Positions 7,555-16,785 of a stretch of 64,000 bases of DNA are shown here, piece after piece. The stretch is from NCBI GenBank assembly GCA_016928865.1, contig JAFGJX010000067.1, positions 55,618-119,617 on the forward strand. The letters run 5' to 3'. This DNA comes from Spirochaetota bacterium (GTDB lineage Bacteria; Spirochaetota; UBA4802; UBA5550). Both the position numbers and the translations under genes were made by a program. Below the pieces are notes generated by a model, which made no database searches, was not told the origin of the DNA, and saw only the letters and a list, made by a program, of their open reading frames with translations. Position 1 is the first letter of the stretch; each line of letters begins with the position of its first letter.

Positions 7555-7686
7555 CTGGCGGCAGACGAACGCGTGCGGGAAATAGTCGCTCCTGTATCCT
7601 TATCCGCGTCGGTGATGGAGGGCCTGCCAGGTGTTTCTGTTTATTGCGTCAATATAAAATTGAAATTCGTTAAAAGGTGCAACTCG

Positions 7687-9006
7687 ATGAAAATACACAG
7701 ATCTGCATATTTAATCATATTGCTGGCCTGCATTGTACTCGCGGGCGCGTGTAAAAAGAACAGGCACTGGGAGCTGTCCCGGTTCGTGTCGCCGGAGACA
7801 TGCGGCGGGTGTCATGATGCCATATATGAACAGTGGAAAGGGTCGATGCACAACCTGGCGCATCACGATCCCCTGTACCGGGAAGTTGCGATCCATGACC
7901 TGAAGGGTCTCTCCGATCCTGACGAAATTCTGGAAGCTGAGCACTGCGTGGTTTGCCATACGCCGGTAGGGTACGTATCCGGCCTGCCGAAAAAAACTTC
8001 GGATCACCTTAAAAAGATACCCGGTCTCGCGGCCCAGGGGATACAGTGCGATTATTGCCATTCAGCAACAAAGGTACGGAAGATATATAATGCCGAGATC
8101 GATATTGAGCCGGGCAATGGCGAAAGCGATCCGGGCACGAAACGGGGCCCGCGCAAGGACGTGGAACCGGAATACCATACCGCGGCATATTCCGCGATGC
8201 ATACACGCTCCGAATTTTGCGGGGCGTGCCACGACGTGCGCCATGTGGTGTTCGGGACAAGGCTAGAAACGCCATATGAGGAATGGAAAGAAGGGCCCTA
8301 CGCGAAAAAGGGGGTTCAGTGCCAGGAGTGCCACATGCGCCAGCGGCCCGGAGCACCATCAACCGGTTCAACGGAGAGGCCTGACAATCCGGGCGCGCTG
8401 GCGGCGGGAGCAAAAGAGCGGCCACATGTTTACACCCATTATTTTGCAGGCGGAAATACATTGATACCGTCACTGTTCGGGAACAGCGAGCAGTCGAAGC
8501 TTGCCGGGGAGCGGCTCCGGCATGCGGCAACGCTCTCGGTTGACAGTGCTCTTTCCGACGGCATGCTGCGGGTCACCGTGACAAACACCGGGGCAGGACA
8601 CCGCATACCCACAGGATTAAGCCATGTGCGACAGATGTGGCTTGAGATCACGGTCACTGGCGCGGGCGGCAGGAAGCTTTTCAGAAGCGGCGCACTGGAC
8701 GCGCAGGGCAGAATCATGCCCGGGGCCATCATTTACCATACCGTGTTCGGCGACGGGACCGGGAACCCGGTCATGAATGTCGCAAAGGCCAGGGAGATAC
8801 TCGGCGACAACAGGATCGCTCCGCTTGCAAGCGAGGTGGCAAGCTACCGCCTGCCTGAAATATCAGAAGCCTCCGTAACGGTTGAGGCAAAATTATGGTA
8901 TCGCATTGTTTCCCAGGAACTGGTCGATTCCGTGCTCGGTAAAGGAAAGCTCGCGATCCCGTCGGTGCTTATGGCGTCTGATAAAAAAATCGTGAAGGTG
9001 CAGTAG
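7687..9006 (+). CDS. Pentaheme c-type cytochrome lipoprotein
   Basis: Five CxxCH motifs (CGGCH, CVVCH, CDYCH, CGACH, CQECH). Lipoprotein signal MKIHRSAYLIILLACIVLAGAC. Start moved to ATG 7687; the track's start at 7516 lies inside the palindrome. Confidence 0.8.
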   Translation: MKIHRSAYLIILLACIVLAGACKKNRHWELSRFVSPETCGGCHDAIYEQWKGSMHNLAHHDPLYREVAIHDLKGLSDPDEILEAEHCVVCHTPVGYVSGLPKKTSDHLKKIPGLAAQGIQCDYCHSATKVRKIYNAEIDIEPGNGESDPGTKRGPRKDVEPEYHTAAYSAMHTRSEFCGACHDVRHVVFGTRLETPYEEWKEGPYAKKGVQCQECHMRQRPGAPSTGSTERPDNPGALAAGAKERPHVYTHYFAGGNTLIPSLFGNSEQSKLAGERLRHAATLSVDSALSDGMLRVTVTNTGAGHRIPTGLSHVRQMWLEITVTGAGGRKLFRSGALDAQGRIMPGAIIYHTVFGDGTGNPVMNVAKAREILGDNRIAPLASEVASYRLPEISEASVTVEAKLWYRIVSQELVDSVLGKGKLAIPSVLMASDKKIVKVQ

Positions 9007-9069
9007 CCGGCAAAGGGTGCGGCGGCCCTCCGGGCGCCGGAGCATTATGACGCGCCGCAGCCTGAGGTC

Positions 9070-9552
9070 CTAGAGGCGCTGAAACTGCTTCAGGGCATCC
9101 AGCACCTCCTCTGCGTGCCCGTTAACCCTGACCTTTTCCCAGATGCGCCGGATGACGCCCGAGGGATCAATGAGGAATGTTGAGCGCACGACGCCATACG
9201 ATTCTTTCCCGTAAAGCTTTTTAAGCTGCCAGACGCCATACCGGGAGAGCACCCTGCGATTGACGTCGCTGAGCAGGGTGAGGCCCGGCCCCAGTTTGCC
9301 CATGAATTTTAAGTGGCTGGCGCGCGAATCGGGGCTGACGCCAATGATCGAAGCTTTCAGCCTCTTGAATGCAGGAACTCGCGCGGTGAAGTCAAGGGCT
9401 TCGGTCGTGCATCCCGAGGTGTTGTCCCGGGGATAGAAGTAGAGGACCACCCACGAGCCGCGGAGGTCTTTCAGCGCCATCGCATTGCCATCCGAATCCG
9501 GCAGGGTGAAATCCGGCGCCGGCATGCCTTCTTGAAGTTTTTTCGTTGCCAT
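9070..9552 (-). CDS. bcp: Thiol peroxidase / peroxiredoxin, Bcp type
   Basis: PAPDFTLPDSDGN...VVLYFYPRDNTSGCTTEA (peroxidatic Cys motif). Start at ATG 9552 (MATKKLQEG). Confidence 0.9.
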   Translation of the reverse strand: MATKKLQEGMPAPDFTLPDSDGNAMALKDLRGSWVVLYFYPRDNTSGCTTEALDFTARVPAFKRLKASIIGVSPDSRASHLKFMGKLGPGLTLLSDVNRRVLSRYGVWQLKKLYGKESYGVVRSTFLIDPSGVIRRIWEKVRVNGHAEEVLDALKQFQRL

Positions 9553-9629
9553 GATGCAGCTCCAGCATGAGGTTGTGCATGGAAGTGGATGTCCACCTGT
9601 CACACGCAATGGTTCAGGAAACACCGGTA

Positions 9630-10352
9630 ATGACAATCAATCAAGCAAAAAAATATGATGGCGAAATACGTCGGGTACATCGGGAGATCGGGCCCGAGGT
9701 GGAAAAAAGGCTGCATGAATTCAGGAGGATCTGGGACACGGCGGACGATCCCGCGCTATTCATAGAGCTGGTGTTCTGCATCCTGACGCCGCAATCGGGC
9801 GCACGGCGGTGCTGGCAGGCGGTTGAAAACCTGGTGCGCGACGGCACGCTCTTTTCCGGCGGTTTCGACGATATATGCGGGGAGCTTAACATCGTCCGCT
9901 TTAAGAACAATAAGACCAGGTACATACTCGAGGCGCGGGAGCGTCTGTGCGTACCGGGCGTTTCTCTTCGCGGGCTCCTGCTCGAAAGCGGCACGGCGGG
10001 TCGGCAGGTCAACCGGGTCCAGAGGGTCAACAGGAAATTCCTGCGCGCATGCGGGACCGTCCCGACAATGCGCGAATGGTTATTCCGGAACGTGAAGGGG
10101 CTCGGGTACAAGGAGGCGAGCCATTTCCTGAGAAACATAGGGCTCGGGAACGGGCTTGCGATCCTGGACCGCCATGTGCTGCGTAGCATGCACGCACGGG
10201 GCCTCATCAACGCTGTCCCGAACTCGATCCCGCCGTGGCTCTACTGCGAAATGGAAACGGTCCTCGCCGACTATGCGCGGGGGATACATGTTCCGCTGGA
10301 CCATCTTGATTTCGTGATATGGTACCAGGCAACGGGCGACATTTTCAAGTGA
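9630..10352 (+). CDS. ogg: N-glycosylase/DNA lyase (Ogg2-type 8-oxoguanine DNA glycosylase)
   Basis: ELVFCILTPQS and the HhH-GPD region VKGLGYKEASHFLRNIGLGNGLAILDRHVLR. Start is uncertain (9567, 9609 or 9630). Confidence 0.8.
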   Translation: MTINQAKKYDGEIRRVHREIGPEVEKRLHEFRRIWDTADDPALFIELVFCILTPQSGARRCWQAVENLVRDGTLFSGGFDDICGELNIVRFKNNKTRYILEARERLCVPGVSLRGLLLESGTAGRQVNRVQRVNRKFLRACGTVPTMREWLFRNVKGLGYKEASHFLRNIGLGNGLAILDRHVLRSMHARGLINAVPNSIPPWLYCEMETVLADYARGIHVPLDHLDFVIWYQATGDIFK

Positions 10353-10371
10353 GGCGCGGTGAGGGGGCAGG

Positions 10372-10851
10372 TCAGCTCTGGCTGAATTGGCTGGCAAGTT
10401 CCGCAAGAATAATCACGTGCTTCCTTTCCTCCGCCAGGATCCTGTCCAGGAGTTCCGTGGCTTCACGGTCATCCAGATAGAGCCCTTTCATCTCTGAATA
10501 GAACAGGATGGAGTCCTTTTCGGCGGTCATCGCATGACGCAGCGCATCCATCGGACTGACTATTGATACGGTGAATTCCCCGGCGATGTTTTCCCGCGTG
10601 CCGAAGACCCGTGATCCGCCGATTGCCCTGAGATAGGAGAAATATTCCTCGGTAAAATTTCCGGGAGCGGCGGGATTGATGTGCATTGAACGGAATATCT
10701 CCCGGTGTCCCTTCTCCTCCCTGGCGAGAAACTCGAAGGCGTCCTTGATGGCAAGGTCCTTGAACTGCTCGCCGCAGCGGACATAGAAATCGTACCCGGC
10801 CTCCTCTATGCCGATGGCGATGTCGATGATTTCTTTCAAGGTATAGGCCAT
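10372..10851 (-). CDS. Ferritin-like diiron protein (rubrerythrin family, no rubredoxin domain)
   Basis: Paired E...ExxH motifs (IEEAGYDFY, REEKGHREIF, AEKDSILFY, AEERKHVIIL). Confidence 0.7.
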   Translation of the reverse strand: MAYTLKEIIDIAIGIEEAGYDFYVRCGEQFKDLAIKDAFEFLAREEKGHREIFRSMHINPAAPGNFTEEYFSYLRAIGGSRVFGTRENIAGEFTVSIVSPMDALRHAMTAEKDSILFYSEMKGLYLDDREATELLDRILAEERKHVIILAELASQFSQS

Positions 10852-10905
10852 CTCAATCCTCCCGGTGCATTTTTATGATGTCGCCGGCGTGGCGGCCTCC
10901 GCGCG

Positions 10906-12381
10906 CTACTTCTTCCAGTTGATTATTGTTTCCACAAGGAGACGAACGCCGAAGCCGGTGGCCTCCTTGGGCCGGTATCCTCGCTGTTTCGTTGCACGCG
11001 CAGTGCTCGCGATGTCTATGTGCGCCCATTTTCCCTTTCCGGCGAAATGTTTCAGAAAGATGCCTCCCATGATGGTCCCGGCATTCTTTTCGGACGACAT
11101 GTTGCAGATGTCAGCGATGTCGGATTTCATGTTGTCATCGTACTCCTTGACGAACGGAAGCCGCCAGATCGCCTCTCCAGTGGAGGCGGCGGCATCTTCG
11201 AGGAGCCTGCCGAGATCGTCATCGGTGGTCAGGTAGCACGCGACAGCCTCGCCGAAGGTTGCGAGGCACGACCCGGTGAGGGTCGCGATGTCGATGATGA
11301 CCTCCGGCCTGAGCACCTTCACGGCGTAGGAGAGGGCATCGGCCAGGATAAGCCGTCCTTCGGCGTCGGTGTTGCCGATTTCAACCGTGGTGCCGTCGTA
11401 CGCGGTGTACACGTCGCCCGGCCGAAAGGATTCCGGGGATATCATGTTGTCCGTGAGAGGAAGGACGGCGTACAGGTTGACGGGGAGCTTGAGCTCGGCC
11501 GCGGTCTTGAGCGCGTAGAGGGCGGCAGCGGCGCCCGCCATGTCGGTACGCATATCCTCGATATGACCCGAAGGCTTCAGGTTGATCCCGCCGGAGTCGA
11601 AGGTAATTCCCTTTCCGACAATGGCAACGTATTTTTGTCCGGGACGCCCGCCGCGGTATTTAAGGACAACCAGCATCGGCGGCTTGGCGCTGCCCTTGTT
11701 AACGGCGAGGAGGAGGCCCATCTTCATCTTTTCAATCTCCCGTTTGCCGTACACGGTGCATGATACGCCCGGGATCCGTTCCAGCGACTTCGCCTCGCGT
11801 GCCATGCCGCGGGAATCGCATTTTTCGCTGATTTCATTGATCAGGTCGCGGCAGAGGAGCGTGTTCCCGCAGACGAGGGCGGTCTTTTTCATGATGGCTG
11901 CCGCGTCTTTCGCGGCGGTATGAAATACCGCGGTTTCAACGAGGGGTTTACCGTTCCCCTTATTTTTCGTCTTGTACCGGTCAAAGCTGTAGTTTGACAG
12001 ATAAATCCCTTCCGCGATTGAACTGAGCACCGTCGTATTGTCGATGCCCTGTATGGCGGGGACAAGAACATGGATTTTCTTTATCGATTTTTCACGGCAG
12101 AGGCTGACCGCCCCGGCGACGCAACGCCGCAGCGATTCCGCGTCTGTATCGCTCTGCTTGCCGGTGCCGCAGATGATTACGGCTGGCCTGTCCGCCAGGG
12201 GCGCGAAAACAACCTCAGCCTGTTTCCCCTTGAAGTAGGAGAGGTCAAGCAGTTTCGAGACATAGGAAAACTCCGCGGGAAGCAGGACCGGCTTCTTCGT
12301 CCCTTCCGGTTCAGGCATGAACAGCAGTATCGTGTCGCCCTTCTTGAATGAATGCCCGGGCTTTTTTGCTTCGATTTTCAT
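10906..12381 (-). CDS. pepA: Leucyl aminopeptidase (M17)
   Basis: M17 signature NTDAEGRLILADAL and metal ligands in VGKGITFDSGG. Confidence 0.92.
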   Translation of the reverse strand: MKIEAKKPGHSFKKGDTILLFMPEPEGTKKPVLLPAEFSYVSKLLDLSYFKGKQAEVVFAPLADRPAVIICGTGKQSDTDAESLRRCVAGAVSLCREKSIKKIHVLVPAIQGIDNTTVLSSIAEGIYLSNYSFDRYKTKNKGNGKPLVETAVFHTAAKDAAAIMKKTALVCGNTLLCRDLINEISEKCDSRGMAREAKSLERIPGVSCTVYGKREIEKMKMGLLLAVNKGSAKPPMLVVLKYRGGRPGQKYVAIVGKGITFDSGGINLKPSGHIEDMRTDMAGAAAALYALKTAAELKLPVNLYAVLPLTDNMISPESFRPGDVYTAYDGTTVEIGNTDAEGRLILADALSYAVKVLRPEVIIDIATLTGSCLATFGEAVACYLTTDDDLGRLLEDAAASTGEAIWRLPFVKEYDDNMKSDIADICNMSSEKNAGTIMGGIFLKHFAGKGKWAHIDIASTARATKQRGYRPKEATGFGVRLLVETIINWKK

Positions 12382-12465
12382 CGGTTTACCTCGTATAGTA
12401 CCTTTTTTACCGGTATTATGTTTTGCATCAAGAATAATTTATCCTGCCTGAATGAATGCGGCGGC

Positions 12466-12849
12466 TCACGGACGGATCGTTTTGGCGGTCCTGCTTCTGA
12501 TATACCGCAGGCTGTAGTCTTCCTTCGATTTTAGTAAATGAAAGGTTCCGGAGAACCTCCTGCCCATCACGGCAAGGACGATGACCGGCTCTCCCCACTG
12601 TTCAATGCCGAATGATCCCGCGTCATATACGTCGAGAGCGCCGCGGTCGCAAGGGATCGGGCGGTCTAACGGCGCGGGGTCTTTCTCCTGCGCCTGAACG
12701 AGCCTGGCCGTTACCTCGGTGCCGTCCATCAGCGCCAGCATGTCGAATTGCTCGATCCGGAAGGTGACAAGGATGTCCCCCCGGTCCAGGCCTATGTCGT
12801 AGAAAGCCGGCGGATCCGGCTGGTGATGTATGATGTAACGTCCCGCCAT
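12466..12849 (-). CDS. Hypothetical protein, 127 aa
   Basis: The ORF starts 2 nt after the rnr stop. No recognisable motif. Confidence 0.45.
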   Translation of the reverse strand: MAGRYIIHHQPDPPAFYDIGLDRGDILVTFRIEQFDMLALMDGTEVTARLVQAQEKDPAPLDRPIPCDRGALDVYDAGSFGIEQWGEPVIVLAVMGRRFSGTFHLLKSKEDYSLRYIRSRTAKTIRP

Positions 12850-12851
12850 GG

Positions 12852-14948
12852 TTATACCGGCTCGAAATCGATGATCATTCTGTCAATTTCCACGGCCGTG
12901 AGCCTGACCTTCAGACGGTCTCCCATCCTGAACCGCCTCCCCAAGCGCCTGCCTATGACCGTGTGCTCGTCCTCCTTGACCAGATAGAAATCGTCGGTGA
13001 GGGCCCAGAGCGGCACCATGCCGTCTATGGGAGTTTCCGTCAGGGTGACGTAGAAGCCGTACCTGCTTACCCCGCTGACTATCCCGCTGAATACCTCGCC
13101 GATCCTGCCCGCCATGAGGCGGCAGGTCTTGAGCTTCCGGAAATCACGTTCCGCGGCCTGCGCAACCCGCTCCATCTCGGAGCTCCGGTCGCCGATGGCG
13201 ATGGTCTCCTCGGTGGTGTAGGGAGGTTTTCCTTTGTCAAGGATGCTTTTCAGGCACCGGTGGACTATGAGATCCGGATAGCGGCGGATCGGTGACGTGA
13301 AGTGGGTGTAATCCTTGAATCCGAGGCCGAAATGGCCGTCAGGGAGCGCCCCGTAGTATGCCTGCATCATTGATTTGAGAATCACCAGGTTCACCACGTG
13401 CTCGATCTCCTTTCCGGCAACCTGCGAGAGAACCTTCTGTATGTTCGCGGCGGTGTTACCCGTTGCCCTGAACTGGATGCCGAGCAGCTTCAAAAAGTCC
13501 TTGAGCTCCACCAGCGAGTCGGGGGGTATCGCCTCGTGGTTCCGGTAGAGCGAGGGGATGCCGTTATCGCGGATGAAGCGTGATACGGTGACGTTCGCGC
13601 AGAGCATGAATTCCTCGACCAGCAGATGGCTTTTAAGCCGTTCGATATACTGGATGTCGGTGACCACGTTGTTTTCGTAAATGAGGGACTGGTCGGTGAG
13701 GGTGAGCTCGAGGCTTCCCCGGGCGATGCGGCGCCGATGAAGGATCATTGCGAGTTCGTACAGCATGTTCAGGGGCCCGGCAAGGTGCCCGTCCTCCCGT
13801 CCCGCGAGGATCCGGTCCGCTCCGCCGTAGGTGAGCCTGCGATCGACCCGTATGACGCCCCGGGTGATACGGCTGCCGAGGATCGCGCCGGCGCTGTCGA
13901 TGTCCATCTCGACAGACATGGTCAGGCGGTCAACGCCCTCCCGGAGAGAGCAGAGGTCGTTCGAGAGTATCTCCGGAAGCATCGGGATGACATTATTGCC
14001 GAGGTAATAGCTCGTGCCTCTCTTCAGGGCCTCCCGATCGAGCTCGGAATTCTTGCGCACATAGGATGAGACGTCCGCGATATGAACGTAAAGGGTGTAA
14101 CGGGCGCCCTTCTTTTCAATGGAGATCGCGTCGTCAAAGTCCTTTGCGTTTTCGCCGTCAATCGTAACCGTGAAGAGGCCGGTATAGTCCTTTCTCCGTC
14201 CGGGGTCGGGTGCGAGGCCGCGTGCGGCTGAAAGCTCGGGATAGTCGCCGTGCGGAGGGGGAAGAGAATGCTTGACCACTATGCGCCCGAGGTCCTGTGC
14301 TTCGTCGTCGGGTGGAAAGGTGGCCAGGACAGAGCAGCGCTGGCGCTTCTGGTGCAGTCCTTCCTCAAGATGCACCAGGGCCATGTCCCCGCGTTCGGCC
14401 TCCGGGCCGGAGCCGGAGCGCGGTGCGCTCACTTCCATGCCGCCTGGCGCGTCCATGAGCGTGTAGATGACCGCGTCGCGCGTCACCTGGGTCACCCGCG
14501 CGTAATAATCGTGCTTTTCCCGGCGCAGGATCTTTTCCACCGATCCATATATGCATCCTTCCCTGACGTCGGTGATTTTTATGGCAACCAGGTCGTTGTC
14601 ATGCGCGCCGGCCGTATCCTCCTTTTTAATCAGTATATCGAGGTCGAGAATGGAAAGCGCGGCATTGCCGGTTTTATTTACGCGAATACGACCCTCAAGG
14701 GAAAAAGAATGGATCCTGGTGAAACGGTTTCGCCTTTTACGCGCCAGACCGGTGGCGATGAGGGCGTCAAGCGTTTGGTCGATGACCGCTGTGTCGCGAA
14801 CCGGTGCTGAAGCGCGGCCCCGTTTCCCCGTGCTTTTGCGGCCTCTGGTGCCATGCGGAACGGCAAGGGCGTCAATGATGTCTTTTCTGGTGAAATCCGC
14901 ATCGCGGGCATGTATATATGCGATGATTCTTTTAGAGGTAACGGGCAT
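12852..14948 (-). CDS. rnr: Ribonuclease R
   Basis: RNB catalytic domain (DGENAKDFDDAISIE, HFGLG...YTHFTSPIRRYPDLIVHR) and a C-terminal S1 domain (GEVFSGIVSGVSRYGFYV). Confidence 0.92.
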   Translation of the reverse strand: MPVTSKRIIAYIHARDADFTRKDIIDALAVPHGTRGRKSTGKRGRASAPVRDTAVIDQTLDALIATGLARKRRNRFTRIHSFSLEGRIRVNKTGNAALSILDLDILIKKEDTAGAHDNDLVAIKITDVREGCIYGSVEKILRREKHDYYARVTQVTRDAVIYTLMDAPGGMEVSAPRSGSGPEAERGDMALVHLEEGLHQKRQRCSVLATFPPDDEAQDLGRIVVKHSLPPPHGDYPELSAARGLAPDPGRRKDYTGLFTVTIDGENAKDFDDAISIEKKGARYTLYVHIADVSSYVRKNSELDREALKRGTSYYLGNNVIPMLPEILSNDLCSLREGVDRLTMSVEMDIDSAGAILGSRITRGVIRVDRRLTYGGADRILAGREDGHLAGPLNMLYELAMILHRRRIARGSLELTLTDQSLIYENNVVTDIQYIERLKSHLLVEEFMLCANVTVSRFIRDNGIPSLYRNHEAIPPDSLVELKDFLKLLGIQFRATGNTAANIQKVLSQVAGKEIEHVVNLVILKSMMQAYYGALPDGHFGLGFKDYTHFTSPIRRYPDLIVHRCLKSILDKGKPPYTTEETIAIGDRSSEMERVAQAAERDFRKLKTCRLMAGRIGEVFSGIVSGVSRYGFYVTLTETPIDGMVPLWALTDDFYLVKEDEHTVIGRRLGRRFRMGDRLKVRLTAVEIDRMIIDFEPV

Positions 14949-14950
14949 GA

Positions 14951-15301
14951 TTATTGTGCGCCGCTATCCGGTTTTTTTTCTGCTCTGGATTCCATCTTGG
15001 TCTTGGATGTTTCCTTCACTCTTTCAATCTCTGCGTTTTTTTCCGTTATCTTTTTTTTCAGGTCGGTTATCTTTTCATGCAAATCCTTAATCTGCTGGTC
15101 GGAAGCATCAATCGAAGTCGCGCCGCTTTCGATTTTTGTTATGATGTAGCGGCCCAGTTCTTTTTCTGCTATCCCCAGGTCGATCTGGAGCCGTTTGATG
15201 TCAACGTTTAATTTTCCGATTTTTGCATATTCCTCCGTCTTGTTGACGATGATCTCGCCAAACCTGACTATTGCTTCGCCTGTATCTTTAAGTATTCCCA
15301 T
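14951..15301 (-). CDS. Hypothetical coiled-coil protein, 116 aa
   Basis: Lys/Glu-rich heptad-like sequence. Its stop lies 2 nt before the rnr start. A promoter is predicted upstream. Confidence 0.5.
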   Translation of the reverse strand: MGILKDTGEAIVRFGEIIVNKTEEYAKIGKLNVDIKRLQIDLGIAEKELGRYIITKIESGATSIDASDQQIKDLHEKITDLKKKITEKNAEIERVKETSKTKMESRAEKKPDSGAQ

Positions 15302-15386
15302 AGTAGACTCCTTTCAATTTGCTATATCCCGCCGATTTTCGCCGTTATTAGTTTGATCCGTACGTCTTCTTATATCTGATTTCAAT

Positions 15387-15415
15387 ATAATATATATTTT
15401 ATAACGGGATGTCAA
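15387..15415 (-). promoter_or_regulatory. Candidate sigma70 promoter for the 116-aa ORF-rnr operon
   Basis: Minus strand: TTGACA (15410-15415), a 17-nt spacer, then TATTAT (15387-15392). Confidence 0.5.
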
Positions 15416-15448
15416 TTAAAATACGCTGGTGGCCGGGGAGCGTGAATG

Positions 15449-15481
15449 CCCGGCACCCACCATCTGCACGCGGGTGCCGGG
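15449..15481 (-). terminator. GC-rich hairpin downstream of the FabK/NMO-like gene
   Basis: CCCGGCACCC (15449-15458) pairs with GGGTGCCGGG (15472-15481) around a 13-nt loop. There is no clear U-tract. Confidence 0.35.
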
Positions 15482-15501
15482 ACGGTTCGATAGCGAAGAT
15501 A

Positions 15502-16536
15502 TTAGAGTTTTGATGTAAGTACCTTGTTGGCATCTTTCGCTTCTTTTGATATCCGTTCGATGATCTGCTTGACCGTCGGCGTGTCATGGATTATACCCGT
15601 GATCTGGCCGATCGGGAGGACGCCCCTGACATTGTCCCCATCGATCGTGCCGACCTTGAACGCCTCAAAGCCGATTGCCATGCGCGCCATCTGGAGCGAC
15701 TTTCTGAAGCCCATCAGCAAAATCCCGATCGCGAGCTTGAGCCAGGGAAAACCGAGGAGCTTGGCGATCTTGCGCGATTGAAACAGGGCGGATAAGGGGT
15801 TCAGGCGTTTGTTCATGAGATGCACGGATCCCCTGGTCTTCATGAATCGAGCGGGGAGGCCGTCAACCTTGTTAGTATAGACTGTGTTGTAAACGTCGCA
15901 CTTGCTGCTGTTTTCCTTTTGCGAAGCGTGCACCGGGCTTTCAACAGAGTTCATGAACCTGGTTCCCATCGATATGCCTTCCGCGCCCAGAGCGAGGGCC
16001 GCAGCAAGGCCCCGTCCGTCAGCGAACCCGCCTGCCGCGATGACCGGGAGCTTCACCTCGTCCACGATGCTCGGAACCAGAACCATTGAAGTCACCGCGC
16101 CGCCGTGCCCGGCTGCTTCATGGCCCGTCACTATCAGAGCGTCGGCGCCGTCCCTCTGGGCCGCGAGCGCGTGTTTGAGCGTCGTGACCGTGGCAATCAC
16201 CTTGCCGCCGTAGGCGTGCACTTCGCGGCATATCCAGTCCCCCTTGCCAAGGGCGTAATTGACGACCGGGACTTTTTCATTGATAATGACCTTTGCGTTC
16301 TTTTCCGAACCGGGAAAATAGAGGGTGACGTTGGCGGCGAAGGGACGCTTGGTAAGCGTGCGCGTGCGCTGGATATATTCGCGCGTCTCTTCCGGTTTCA
16401 GAATGCCGGTCGCGAGTATGCCGAGGCCGCCCGCGTTGGCGACCGCCGCCACCAGTTCGGGGGTGCTTATCCAGCTCATTCCGGATAGGATAATCGGATA
16501 CTTGATCCCGAAGAGCTCTGTTATCTTTGTTTTCAT
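15502..16536 (-). CDS. Nitronate monooxygenase family / FabK-like enoyl-ACP reductase II
   Basis: FGIKYPIILSGMSWISTPELVAAVANAGGLGILA, then GHEAAGH and AAGGFADGRG. Start at ATG 16536. Confidence 0.85.
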   Translation of the reverse strand: MKTKITELFGIKYPIILSGMSWISTPELVAAVANAGGLGILATGILKPEETREYIQRTRTLTKRPFAANVTLYFPGSEKNAKVIINEKVPVVNYALGKGDWICREVHAYGGKVIATVTTLKHALAAQRDGADALIVTGHEAAGHGGAVTSMVLVPSIVDEVKLPVIAAGGFADGRGLAAALALGAEGISMGTRFMNSVESPVHASQKENSSKCDVYNTVYTNKVDGLPARFMKTRGSVHLMNKRLNPLSALFQSRKIAKLLGFPWLKLAIGILLMGFRKSLQMARMAIGFEAFKVGTIDGDNVRGVLPIGQITGIIHDTPTVKQIIERISKEAKDANKVLTSKL

Positions 16537-16785
16537 GAAATACCTCACATGGGATAAAATAGATGTGCCGTGGAAGCGCGGCCACAACAGGTTGGTTATA
16601 AAATACAGCCGATAAGCCGTTCTGTCAATACGGTTCGTTATCAGAAACTATCCCGACAGGCCGGTTAAGCGCCGGAAAAAAAAGCTGAGCGGCCGAGGAA
16701 TGTCGGAGTTTTCGACGCTTTTGTCCTTTTTCCGCAGGCCGCGAGGCTCATTTCCGACGCGTGATAACCCTTTTGGTATAGGCTC

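Noticed and set aside
7516-7686. N-terminal 57-codon extension of the cytochrome ORF, with similar upstream extensions of many other track ORFs (e.g. 2320, 3861, 9636, 16587, 18033, 18234, 21563, 43604, 53949, 63944)
   Set aside because: Internal ATGs with Shine-Dalgarno sequences, signal peptides or canonical family N-termini give better starts. The extensions overlap neighbouring genes or regulatory DNA.
9070-9552. Possibility that other redox genes (bcp, dfx, rbr, the flavoprotein) are also selenoproteins
   Set aside because: All have ordinary Cys codons at their active sites and uninterrupted frames. Only the HesB-like gene shows a TGA in a conserved Cys column.
10007-10031. Imperfect 18-nt tandem duplication (GGTCAAC at 10007-10013 and at 10025-10031) encoding QVNRVQ/RVNRKF inside ogg, within what looks like an insertion relative to archaeal Ogg2
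   Set aside because: It is short, imperfect and in-frame within a loop region. It is probably a lineage-specific loop expansion, and I cannot quantify the insertion without an alignment.
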